This document shows positions 1 through 9,173 of a stretch of DNA of 64,000 nt, one piece after another. Both the position numbers and the translations under genes were made by a program. The stretch's first letter is position 1. Every line of letters begins with the position of its first letter. The notes beneath the pieces are model-generated. The model worked only from the letters and a program-made list of their open reading frames with translations, was not told the DNA's origin and ran no database searches. Source of the DNA: Chloroherpetonaceae bacterium (GTDB taxonomy: Bacteria; Bacteroidota; Chlorobiia; Chlorobiales; Thermochlorobacteraceae); the NCBI GenBank assembly GCA_033763895.1, contig JANRJQ010000003.1, positions 29,791 through 93,790 on the forward strand. The letters are read 5' to 3'.

Positions 1-90
1 TTTCGCTTTGGGTGAAAAAAGAAAAAGGAAAGAATTAAAGAGAAATCCGACAAGTGGTAGGATGACGGTGTAACTGATGAGCTGATGCAT
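1..90 (-). CDS. nuoL: NADH-quinone oxidoreductase subunit L, 5' end only (truncated by window edge)
   Basis: Manual translation from the ATG at 90 gives MHQLISYTVILPLVGFLFNSFLFLFFTQSE, matching the NuoL N-terminal LPLxGFL helix; directly downstream of nuoK. Confidence 0.7.
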   Translation of the reverse strand, partial: MHQLISYTVILPLVGFLFNSFLFLFSPKAK

Positions 91-200
91 AGAAATAAAT
101 ACTGATTACTTCGTTTGATGAGTAAAAACATGACAGAATAGATCTCGATATTGAGAAATGCCGCATTCAAATTGTCGTCTTCAAGAAATGCAGATCCTAT

Positions 201-506
201 TTATCCTTTAAGAATATTGATTTCATCGATGTTCACAGTTTCTTTGTTTCGAAATAATGAAATCACGATTGCAAGGCCAATCGCTGCTTCGGCCGCGGCA
301 ACAGTCATCACAAAAAAGACCATCATCTGCCCTTGAATGTCTCCCATAAAATGGGAAAAAGCGACAAACGATAAATTCACGGCATTCAGCATGAGTTCAA
401 TACACATGAAGATGACGATCGCGTTTCGACGAGTAAGAACACCCAATACGCCAACTGTGAACATAAATGCACTTATCCACAGATAATAGTTTAACCCAAT
501 TTTCAC
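201..506 (-). CDS. nuoK: NADH-quinone oxidoreductase subunit K
   Basis: 101 aa, three TM helices, [20 protein letters not shown] and [12 protein letters not shown] motifs; GTG start. Confidence 0.97.
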   Translation of the reverse strand: MKIGLNYYLWISAFMFTVGVLGVLTRRNAIVIFMCIELMLNAVNLSFVAFSHFMGDIQGQMMVFFVMTVAAAEAAIGLAIVISLFRNKETVNIDEINILKG

Positions 507-692
507 AAGTGTTGAATAAAAGATTAATTGATATGAAGTTTCATTGCGAGGATCTCAATAACTTGTAAAGGTAGAGATTCCGTGCCGTCTATACAACATT
601 TCAGTCTTGGCCTTTTTTACTTTGTTCTTCTTCAAAAAACGGGTCAGACTTTTTTGTTATCTTCCCTCAAATACATGATTTCTTAAAACAAA

Positions 693-1451
693 ATGAATTC
701 GATTTTTACTTATCACAAAATTACCGACCGGCTCGACTTCGGAATTTGCACGCGTAAAATCGACGATTTTAAGCATGATATCTCGTGGATTTCTTCACTT
801 CCACATAACGAACGACCAAGAATCATTTTCGACGATGGTTATGAGGATACATTCCATACCGCGTTCCCAATTCTTGAAAAAGCCGGACTCACGGCTACCA
901 TTTATGTCATTGGGGGTATGATTGGAAAGCTCAATACTTGGGACGCAGATTTTTTAGGAAATTTTAGGCACATCAATGACACAGAGTTAAAATCACTTTT
1001 CAAAGCGGGGTGGAAAATAGGAAGCCACGGATTTTCGCACCGCGCGTTAACGGCACTTTCAAGTGAACGGGTGAAAGAAGAATTGAAAAAGTCAAAAGAC
1101 GAATTAGAGCAATTGCTCGGGATAAAGGTGAATGAAATTTCCTTCCCGTTTGGAAATTTTAATCAAAGGGTTTTGGAGTTAACTAAAGAAGCCGGATTCG
1201 AATCGGCAATCTCAATTTCAAGATCATCTTCTGATGGCTTTGTAAAGCGGAGCTTAGCCGTGTATCGAACAGATACAATCAATCATTTAATTAAGAAAGC
1301 AGCGGGGATTCCGCAAGAATTGATACGGCTTAGGATGATTAACGCTTTTTCAGAACTGACGGTTTGGATGCACCGATTAGAAGATTTTCGTGACCGATTT
1401 AAGCATCCAAAAAAAATCCAAAATATCATTAGGAATGATCGTAGAGAATAG
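693..1451 (+). CDS. Polysaccharide deacetylase (CE4/NodB family)
   Basis: FDDG, GSHGFSH and FPFG motifs. Confidence 0.85.
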   Translation: MNSIFTYHKITDRLDFGICTRKIDDFKHDISWISSLPHNERPRIIFDDGYEDTFHTAFPILEKAGLTATIYVIGGMIGKLNTWDADFLGNFRHINDTELKSLFKAGWKIGSHGFSHRALTALSSERVKEELKKSKDELEQLLGIKVNEISFPFGNFNQRVLELTKEAGFESAISISRSSSDGFVKRSLAVYRTDTINHLIKKAAGIPQELIRLRMINAFSELTVWMHRLEDFRDRFKHPKKIQNIIRNDRRE

Positions 1452-2676
1452 AATAATCTCATTTTGGTTGGCTCTTGGAGCGTTCCTTGTCGCGTATTTA
1501 GGATTTGAAATTCGTGATTACTTTAGCCCACTTTTTTTGTATCTATTGTCAATTTTCATTCTTTATCCAATACGAAAAAACCTTTTTGCCAATCGATTAA
1601 TCATACTCGCTTCTACGATTTTTGCATTATGGTTCTTTCGAACGCTTTCAGGTATCATTTTCCCGTTTATTATCGGCTTGGTTGCCGCATTCCTTCTTGA
1701 ACCGCTAACCCATTTTTTGACAAGCAAACCCATTTTAGGTAAAACGTTATCAAGGTCTTCCGCGGCACTTCTAATTACCTTGACCATTGTTACATCGATT
1801 GTTGGATTAATTTCTTTTGCGACGCCAAGACTCTACGAGCAGATTCAGTCACTTGCCGAAACGCTAAAGTTTCTACCGGAGCAAGTTCAATCCGTCTTCA
1901 ATGACCATCAAACAGTTGAATTTTTCTCGAAATATGGAATTAATGTTCAAACACTTCAATCTCTATTTTTTGAAAAAATCCACACCCAACTTTTTGATTT
2001 CAGCAAATTAGGTACCGAACTCGCCGTTGAACTCGCCGGAAATGTTCCGAAAGCATTTTCAATTATCCTTAACCTTATTCTTATCCCTTTTTTATCGTAT
2101 TATTTCATCGCTGATTTTCCAATCGTAGAAGAAACCTTTAAGGAAATGATATCGCCAAAGTATTCAGAAAAAGTCAATGAGTATTTAAGGCTTGCCGGAA
2201 CCATTTTTCGTCAGTATTTGCAAGGGCAATTCATTATCGTCCTCATTTTATCTGTGTTGTATTCGACAGCCTTTTGGCTCATCGACCTCAAGTATTCTTT
2301 GCTCATCGGTGTTTTATTCGGGGTTCTTTCTTTTATACCGTATATCGGAGGGATTATTTCTGTGGCTTTAGCATTGATTGCTGCCCTTTTCGGAGAAAAT
2401 ATTTTTCAAACAATCGGATTAATTGTTGTGATTTATGCGGTGATTCATCTTTTTGAAAACTTCTATTTGGTTCCCAAAATCATTGGTTCTAAAGTTCATC
2501 TTAATCCATTAGTCTTGCTCTTTTCTGTATTTATTTTTGGGTTTTTCTTCAACTTTATTGGAGTTCTACTAGCAGTGCCTCTTTCAGCTTTTTTAGTTGC
2601 AGTTTACCGAAAGGAGTTTCTCGATAAAAAGAAACCGTTGCCTGAAAATGAATCACAAAAAGGTTCATCGAACTAA
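1435..2676 (+). CDS. AI-2E family (PerM/TqsA) transporter
   Basis: Multi-TM protein with FIPYIG and ENFYLVPKIIGSKVHLNP...GVLLAVP signatures; ATG at 1435 preferred to GTG at 1390. Confidence 0.88.
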   Translation: MIVENRIISFWLALGAFLVAYLGFEIRDYFSPLFLYLLSIFILYPIRKNLFANRLIILASTIFALWFFRTLSGIIFPFIIGLVAAFLLEPLTHFLTSKPILGKTLSRSSAALLITLTIVTSIVGLISFATPRLYEQIQSLAETLKFLPEQVQSVFNDHQTVEFFSKYGINVQTLQSLFFEKIHTQLFDFSKLGTELAVELAGNVPKAFSIILNLILIPFLSYYFIADFPIVEETFKEMISPKYSEKVNEYLRLAGTIFRQYLQGQFIIVLILSVLYSTAFWLIDLKYSLLIGVLFGVLSFIPYIGGIISVALALIAALFGENIFQTIGLIVVIYAVIHLFENFYLVPKIIGSKVHLNPLVLLFSVFIFGFFFNFIGVLLAVPLSAFLVAVYRKEFLDKKKPLPENESQKGSSN

Positions 2677-2696
2677 CAAATTTTAAATTTTATCCG

Positions 2697-4886
2697 ATGA
2701 GTTTTCTTAAATCGATTCTTAGCTTCTTAAAAAAATCAAAAATTATCCTTGTTGGTGCAGTCATCATTGCTGGGTTTGCTTTGGCTGTTTTGATGAAGTC
2801 TTTCAACGGATTAGAGATTTTCGAAAATAAAATATTGGACAAACGATTCCAATATGCCTCACACCCTGAGCTTGCCGATACTAACATTGTCATGATTGCA
2901 ATTGATCAAAATAGTCTTGATTATTTTGAGCAAGAATTGAAATTTGGGTTTCCTTGGCCACGTCAATTTCACGGTCTTGTGGTGGATTACTTGGCAAAAG
3001 CAGGCGCAAAAACAATTTCGTTTGATATTATTTTCTCAAGCCCCGATGTCAATAGGCTCGAGATTGACGGTGCGGAATCCGACGGTGCCTTTGCAAGTGC
3101 GGTTCAAAATGCAGGGAACGTAATGCTTGGTGTTCAATTAATGCCGATAGAAGAAGGCGACGCTGCAGGTGGAAGAATTCATTCAAACTTTTTTGCAACA
3201 GGCGAATTCCCTCGGTTAAAAATCCCTTCGTATCAACGCGCGACCGCCCCACTTGACACTTTTCAATCAGTTGCCTCAAGATTAGGCGTGTTTAATTTTA
3301 AGGCCGATGATGATGGCATTTGCCGAAGAACACCATTGCTTTACCGTTGGGGGCCATACATCATTCCACATTTTTCTCTTTCAACCCTTTCAATCGGAAA
3401 AAATATTTCCCTAAAAGTGGCGAATGCCAACACTGATTTACAATCAATGTGCCAATATTTACCTGTCGATGACAAAGGGGAATTTATGATTTATTGGTAC
3501 GGGAAGGGCGGTCCAAACGGTGTATTTAAATACTATCCATTTGCAGGTGTTCTTCAATCGGCAGTTCAAATGGCTTCAGGCGAAACCCCCGCAATTGATA
3601 TGAGTGTCTTTAAGGACAAGTATGTTATTGTTGGTGCGTCAGCAGCGGGTCTCAGCGACTTTAAACCGACCCCTTTTACCAATTTGGAAGAGTATCCCGG
3701 GATGGAAATTCACGCGACCATTTTAAGCAATCTTCGCAATGAACATTACATCCGAGAGTCACCCAAGCACTGGAATTATCTTATTGCGCTTGCGCTTTCG
3801 ATTATCGTTGCAGTTCTTTTTTTTACTATCAAACGCGTGACAATATCAATCCCATTGATTTCGTTAAGTGTCAGTATTTATGTAGCAATTGCCTTTTGGC
3901 AATTCTACGAATCAAGATTGTGGTTACCGGTTGCATTCCCGTTTATCTCCGCTCTCTTCACCTTGATACTCTCTGCCGTAGCAAGCTACGCCACGGAAGG
4001 TCAGCAGAAACAAGAACTTAGGAAAGCGTTCAACCGCTACTTGAATCCACAGGTTATTGATCAGATCATTCAAAATCCCGATAAACTCGAATTGGGAGGA
4101 ACTGAAATTGAAGCCACCGTTTTTTTCTCAGATATTGCAGGATTTACTTCAATCGCTGAAAAACTACCTCCAAAAGAACTCATCCTTTTCCTAAATGAGT
4201 ATCTCACGGTAGGGTCAGAAATTATTTTGGCTCGGGATGCAATGATTGATAAATACATCGGTGACGCCATAATGGCCATTTTTGGTGCCCCGATTCCAAA
4301 GCCCGGTCATGCCTCAAACGCTTGTCTCACCTCACTTGAGATTCAACGGAGGATGGCTGATTATTATTCAAAAAAATCAACGGAGATGCCTCACTTCGAA
4401 ACCCGTATTGGTCTCAATACAGGAAGACTTGTGCTTGGAAATGTAGGCTCCTCCAATCGCTTAGATTTTACCGCCATCGGAGATACCGTTAATCTTGCCT
4501 CACGACTTGAAGGGGCAAATAAACAATATGGTACGAATATTCTTATCAGCGAAAGTACCTACAATCAGGCCAAAGAAGCCGTCGAAGTTCGCGAACTCGA
4601 TTTGTTACGAGTCAAAGGAAAAGAAATCCCGATTCGACTTTTTGAAGTGGTTACTGAGAAAGGAAATTTGATTGGAAATGAAAAGGAAAAAATTGATACT
4701 TTCCACGAAGGACTTCGGCTTTATCGAAGTCAACTCTTCGACTTAGCCATCATTCGTTTTAACGAAGTCTTAAAAATTAACCCGAAAGATGGACCGGCCA
4801 ATACTTACCTTGAGCGGTGTGAGTCGCTCCGAGGTCAAACAATGCCTGAAGATTGGGATGGCGTTTATATCATGAAAACAAAGTAA
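2697..4886 (+). CDS. CHASE2-domain class III adenylate/guanylate cyclase with C-terminal TPR-like tail
   Basis: CHASE2 (FPWPR, YPGMEIHA), three TMs, cyclase motifs FSDIAGFT, DKYIGDAIMAIFGAP, GDTVNLASRLEGANK. Confidence 0.93.
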   Translation: MSFLKSILSFLKKSKIILVGAVIIAGFALAVLMKSFNGLEIFENKILDKRFQYASHPELADTNIVMIAIDQNSLDYFEQELKFGFPWPRQFHGLVVDYLAKAGAKTISFDIIFSSPDVNRLEIDGAESDGAFASAVQNAGNVMLGVQLMPIEEGDAAGGRIHSNFFATGEFPRLKIPSYQRATAPLDTFQSVASRLGVFNFKADDDGICRRTPLLYRWGPYIIPHFSLSTLSIGKNISLKVANANTDLQSMCQYLPVDDKGEFMIYWYGKGGPNGVFKYYPFAGVLQSAVQMASGETPAIDMSVFKDKYVIVGASAAGLSDFKPTPFTNLEEYPGMEIHATILSNLRNEHYIRESPKHWNYLIALALSIIVAVLFFTIKRVTISIPLISLSVSIYVAIAFWQFYESRLWLPVAFPFISALFTLILSAVASYATEGQQKQELRKAFNRYLNPQVIDQIIQNPDKLELGGTEIEATVFFSDIAGFTSIAEKLPPKELILFLNEYLTVGSEIILARDAMIDKYIGDAIMAIFGAPIPKPGHASNACLTSLEIQRRMADYYSKKSTEMPHFETRIGLNTGRLVLGNVGSSNRLDFTAIGDTVNLASRLEGANKQYGTNILISESTYNQAKEAVEVRELDLLRVKGKEIPIRLFEVVTEKGNLIGNEKEKIDTFHEGLRLYRSQLFDLAIIRFNEVLKINPKDGPANTYLERCESLRGQTMPEDWDGVYIMKTK

Positions 4887-4893
4887 TTAATTA

Positions 4894-5529
4894 CTAAAAA
4901 GCAAAAGACAATCCTCCCCCAAAACCAAAGCCCACGTGACGCCCTGAGGTGGAAGAGAAATCGGGACTGTTTCGTTGATCAAATTCAGAATACGGGGAAT
5001 ATCGTAAACCCGTTTCAAAGTTAATAGCCAAAAGGTCAAATGCGATCAATTCAAAGCCAATTCCCGACCCGAAATTTAGCCTTCGAAAGCGTTCATACAC
5101 CGCTTGATTGGACATTGATGAAAAAGAAAATAATTGACGACTTTCATCATTATAATTAATACCACTTCCCAAGAAAAGATAGAAGCGGTTTTGATGTTGA
5201 TAAATCAGCGAATATTGAAGTTCGAATCCTAAGCTGGCAGAATTTGAGAAGTTATTCAGGCTTTGATTTTCGGAATCGGTATTTCGATAACCAAAGAAAA
5301 TGACTTTAGAGGTTAACCGCTCATTCCAAAAATATGAGAAGTTTAATCCATAAGCAGAAAACTGAGAGTAAGAAAAGCCAACACGAAACCGTCTTAATTC
5401 TTCCCTTTTTGAATAAGCAATATTGTCTTGAGAATGAAAATCTTGACTTTGAGCCAATAGGGATGAAGCCAAAAAAAATGAAAGAAGAATAATGCGATTT
5501 TGGCTTATCATAAGAGAAAAGGGTTTCAT
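4894..5529 (-). CDS. Putative outer-membrane beta-barrel protein
   Basis: Signal peptide, alternating Gly/aromatic strands, C-terminal Phe (GLSFAF); paralog of 5548..6198. Confidence 0.65.
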   Translation of the reverse strand: MKPFSLMISQNRIILLSFFLASSLLAQSQDFHSQDNIAYSKREELRRFRVGFSYSQFSAYGLNFSYFWNERLTSKVIFFGYRNTDSENQSLNNFSNSASLGFELQYSLIYQHQNRFYLFLGSGINYNDESRQLFSFSSMSNQAVYERFRRLNFGSGIGFELIAFDLLAINFETGLRYSPYSEFDQRNSPDFSSTSGRHVGFGFGGGLSFAF

Positions 5530-5547
5530 TAGAAAATAGGATGTATG

Positions 5548-6198
5548 TTATAATCCGTAACTTAACCCAAGCCCTAACCCAAAACCAATGAACGTTGATC
5601 TTGCTTCAGGCGGAATCCGGAATTCCGAAAACGTGGAGGAATTTTCATATATGCCACCAATGTCAATATTCAAAAAGAATGAATTGAATATTTTAAATTC
5701 TGTTCCAAATCCAAATCCAAATCTCCAATCTTCCATCGAGTTCATTACATTATTTGACCTAACAGAAGCTGAATTCGTAGTTTGCTCATAAAATCGATTT
5801 ACACCACCTAAGAGGTAAAACCTAACCGATTCAAACGACTTAAGTGTGTATTGCAATTCGGTACCTAAAACCAAGGTAGATTCAGTCCTTTCATTGATTG
5901 TGGAAACATTTGATGAATTAACAAATCCAAATCCTGTAAACCGAATCAAAATTTTTTCTGAAAATGCAATTCGATAAGATAGACCATATCCCGAAAAAGA
6001 AGATGCTGAAACCCCTATTTGATGCCGATGAAATGGATAAGATTGGGGCATCTTCGATGAATCTTGACGCGAAGAATCCAAAAGGTTTTGCGAATCACTT
6101 CCCGAAACCGAGTTTTGTGAGAAACCTACTGTTGGATGAAGAAAAGAGAGCAATAAGGAGAAGAAGAATATAAGTTGAGTGTAAAAATTGAGGCGCAT
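5548..6198 (-). CDS. Putative outer-membrane beta-barrel protein
   Basis: Signal peptide, amphipathic strands, C-terminal GLGLSYGL; paralog of 4894..5529. Confidence 0.65.
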   Translation of the reverse strand: MRLNFYTQLIFFFSLLLSFLHPTVGFSQNSVSGSDSQNLLDSSRQDSSKMPQSYPFHRHQIGVSASSFSGYGLSYRIAFSEKILIRFTGFGFVNSSNVSTINERTESTLVLGTELQYTLKSFESVRFYLLGGVNRFYEQTTNSASVRSNNVMNSMEDWRFGFGFGTEFKIFNSFFLNIDIGGIYENSSTFSEFRIPPEARSTFIGFGLGLGLSYGL

Positions 6199-6279
6199 AA
6201 GGAAATAAGTTATTTGAATAAGGATTATTCAAATAACAAAAATTAATCCACTATTCAAAAAAAATTTTGCCTAATTGTC

Positions 6280-6918
6280 TTAAGCAAATGTTACACGCTC
6301 AAATGGGCGTGCTTTACGATTCCCAAGTCTATGAAAAGAAGGAAGAGCCATAATCGAAGTCCGTTGCGCTTTTGGTTTCGGCAATCGTTTTGAGACCTCA
6401 CTCTCAGGTAAAAGTCGTGCTTCTTCGGCATAAAACTCTCTCAATTGTGATGTCTGAATACCTAAAGCACGACGAATTTTCCAAATGGGTTCATCAAGAA
6501 AAGGAATGAAATTGACTTTGTAAATTTCCATCGCTCCGGATTTTTTCCCCGCTTGAACTCCCAAATCAAAGACTTTTAAATCGTCTTGACTAAAACGATA
6601 TTCTTTCGGGTATAAAAATCGTGTCGCAAACTTAAATAGATTTTGTTCCAATCGGCTCAGTGATTTGCTTGTTCCCATTGTAAACCCAATCGTAAATGCC
6701 TCATCTTGGGCCATCAACCCTCTTCCAAGCAAAATGTGAATACAATCGTGACCAAAAAGATCTACGGCACCTGTCAGTGAAAAAGGGCTTTGGGGATTTT
6801 CAAGGGCTCGTACTAATGGACTTATCTCACTTTGCTCAAAGCCCGGCAAAGACGCATAAACCTGCCGTAATGTAAGCGATTCATTTTCAAAATTAGGAAT
6901 CCACGCTGTCCAAGTCAT
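6280..6918 (-). CDS. Coq4-like protein (HDxxH-x11-E metal motif)
   Basis: HDCIHILLGRGLMAQDE followed by a C-terminal IWKIRRALGI segment, as in Coq4-family proteins. Confidence 0.55.
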   Translation of the reverse strand: MTWTAWIPNFENESLTLRQVYASLPGFEQSEISPLVRALENPQSPFSLTGAVDLFGHDCIHILLGRGLMAQDEAFTIGFTMGTSKSLSRLEQNLFKFATRFLYPKEYRFSQDDLKVFDLGVQAGKKSGAMEIYKVNFIPFLDEPIWKIRRALGIQTSQLREFYAEEARLLPESEVSKRLPKPKAQRTSIMALPSFHRLGNRKARPFERVTFA

Positions 6919-7195
6919 AAAATATTGGTTTGATTTCAGCCGAAAAAATTTGGCTTTTATCTTTTGTTTGCCCTAAGTTAAACGAAGCGTGGAAAGAGAC
7001 CTTATTTATTAAGTCATTTTTGATCCTTTTAGCAAAAAAACGCCTTAAGTTTAAGGGATTATGCATCAATAGGCATAAATATGCATGAAACTTGAAGTAA
7101 ATAATAGCGAAGCGAGGTGGAGATAAAAAAAGTAATAGCAAATCATTTAAGTAAATCTGCCTTACAAATTAAGCCATTTCAAAGATTGTGCGAGG

Positions 7196-7492
7196 TTACC
7201 CGATATGCTTACGGAGTCTCATCTCCAAGTGTTCATTCTTAAATAAAAGCCAATCCCCGTCAAGACGGTAATGATAGCTGCTTGTAAATTTTCCTTTTCC
7301 ATAAAAAAAGCGAACCTTTTCTTTATCAAGCTTAAAAGTCCCCTCTAAAAGTTGAACTTGTTTGTTTGAACGAGCGGTATGGCAGATAAAAGCACCGTTT
7401 TCTTTGAAGGTGTATTGTCGAAAAGTTTCATCCTTAGGAATCCCGGATTCGGGAAAAGCATCCCAAATTCCTACGATTTCAGAGAAAGGCAT
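7196..7492 (-). CDS. Hypothetical small beta-rich protein (lipocalin-like GxW motif)
   Basis: IVGIW...YTFKENG...GTFKLD pattern; ATG at 7492. Confidence 0.5.
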   Translation of the reverse strand: MPFSEIVGIWDAFPESGIPKDETFRQYTFKENGAFICHTARSNKQVQLLEGTFKLDKEKVRFFYGKGKFTSSYHYRLDGDWLLFKNEHLEMRLRKHIG

Positions 7493-7600
7493 AGAAAGTG
7501 TCAAATAATTTAGAATTAGTCTAAAATACTATAAATCACATTGAATCCAAGCCTACAAAATGTTCCCTTTAAGTAAATTTTACCTCGCAACTTAAAAGAA

Positions 7601-8602
7601 GTGAACGCATTTACTGTATCTTCACTGCCAAAAATTGATTCAAACTTGGAATACAAAGACTCACTCGATTCATCAGCAATTAACCCTCAAAGAAGCCATC
7701 AAGAGGAAAAGGCGTTTCAGCTAAAATTAATTCTTAGCTTCGCCGCCGTTTATATCATTTGGGGCTCAACTTACCTTGCCATTCATTATGCTGTTGAAAC
7801 TATTCCGCCGCTTCTCCAATCAAGTTTTCGATTTATTTGTGGAGGAATCATCTTATTTATTTGGGCTACCATCCAACGGGCACCAATGCCATCATTAAAT
7901 GAATGGCTAGGAGCCGGGGGAATAGGATTTTTATTACTTTTTTGTGGAAATGGAAGTGTTTCTATCGCAGAAAAAACAGTGCCTTCTGGGCTTGTGGCAC
8001 TTATAGTTTCAATCAGCCCGGTTTGGGTTGTGGCGATTGATTGGTTCAAAACGAAGTCTGTCCCTAAGATTGTAACGTTTTTGGGGTTGTTTTTAGGATG
8101 CCTTGGAATATATCTGCTTTGTCAGCCACTACTTTCAGTAAGCCAAGCAAATTTTAAGACCCAAGGAATTGCAATCATGTTACTCATTTTTGCAACATTA
8201 ACTTGGTCTTTAGGTTCTGTTTATAGCAAATCAATTACTCAACCGAAAAACCCTGCGATGTCTTCAGCCGCACAAATGCTATGCGCGGGTGTTTTGCTTT
8301 TTGTTTTCGCATTTGTAAAAGGAGACTGGGCATCCTTCAAGGCTTCAGAAGTAACACTTCAATCTTGGTTGGGTTTATCGTACCTCATTGTGTTTGGCTC
8401 GTTGATTGCATACACTGCCTATACTTGGCTTGTTAAAAATGCGAAGCCTTCGCATGTTGTGACTTATGCGTATGTGAACCCGATTGTTGCAGTTTTTTTA
8501 GGGTGGCTGATTGCTGGAGAGGGCGTTACCCCACAAACAGTTATTGCTGGAACTTGTTGTGTGGCTTCAGTTGTCTTAATGTCTCTTGATAAAAACAAGT
8601 AA
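7601..8602 (+). CDS. EamA/DMT family transporter (YedA-like)
   Basis: Ten TMs, VYIIWGSTYLAI and YAYVNPIVAVFLG motifs; start codon uncertain. Confidence 0.92.
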   Translation: MNAFTVSSLPKIDSNLEYKDSLDSSAINPQRSHQEEKAFQLKLILSFAAVYIIWGSTYLAIHYAVETIPPLLQSSFRFICGGIILFIWATIQRAPMPSLNEWLGAGGIGFLLLFCGNGSVSIAEKTVPSGLVALIVSISPVWVVAIDWFKTKSVPKIVTFLGLFLGCLGIYLLCQPLLSVSQANFKTQGIAIMLLIFATLTWSLGSVYSKSITQPKNPAMSSAAQMLCAGVLLFVFAFVKGDWASFKASEVTLQSWLGLSYLIVFGSLIAYTAYTWLVKNAKPSHVVTYAYVNPIVAVFLGWLIAGEGVTPQTVIAGTCCVASVVLMSLDKNK

Positions 8603-8609
8603 GAAAATA

Positions 8610-8969
8610 TTACTTTGAACTCGCTGACCCTAAATGTGGATTTGCTTGAAGTAAAACTTCTTTTTGTTCAGGGGTAAGTGAATCAAGGTATTTGTTCCAA
8701 TCGGCTTCAAGTTTAATGGGGCAGTCATCTATAAAATCACAAATGGTACATTCATGAGTACCAAACATCTGATCCATCCAACAACCTGTTTCGCTTTTCT
8801 TAACTTCATCAACAAAGTTTGGATTTTCTTCAATCAGTTTATCGCTGATATCAATTAACTTTTTTAATCGTTGTTCCTTTTTTTCATCTTCCAACAAGCG
8901 CGTTAAATAGCTTTCATCATATGAATAATGACCAACAACGCCCTTAAAGATTTTATTGAATAATGACAT
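8610..8969 (-). CDS. Hypothetical protein with a C-x10-C-x2-C-x5-C motif
   Basis: Clean ORF; AGGAGG Shine-Dalgarno 7 nt upstream of the ATG at 8969. Confidence 0.75.
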   Translation of the reverse strand: MSLFNKIFKGVVGHYSYDESYLTRLLEDEKKEQRLKKLIDISDKLIEENPNFVDEVKKSETGCWMDQMFGTHECTICDFIDDCPIKLEADWNKYLDSLTPEQKEVLLQANPHLGSASSK

Positions 8970-9173
8970 AAACAAACCTCCTTGAATGGAACAAACATTA
9001 GAAACTTAACTGAATTGAAACTACATAAGTAAGTTTCCAATTACATACCGAAAAGATTAAAAATATTGGATTAAAGAGGCGAAATGGCCGAATTTGATTG
9101 GGCAAACTTCTTTTACATCATATTTTGATTGTTTTAATTAGATTCATTTTCGCCTCAATACAAAAAAAAAATT

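Noticed and set aside
6893..7141. 82-aa minus-strand ORF upstream of the Coq4-like gene
   Set aside because: Overlaps the downstream gene start, has a non-ATG start and no recognisable features; probably intergenic.
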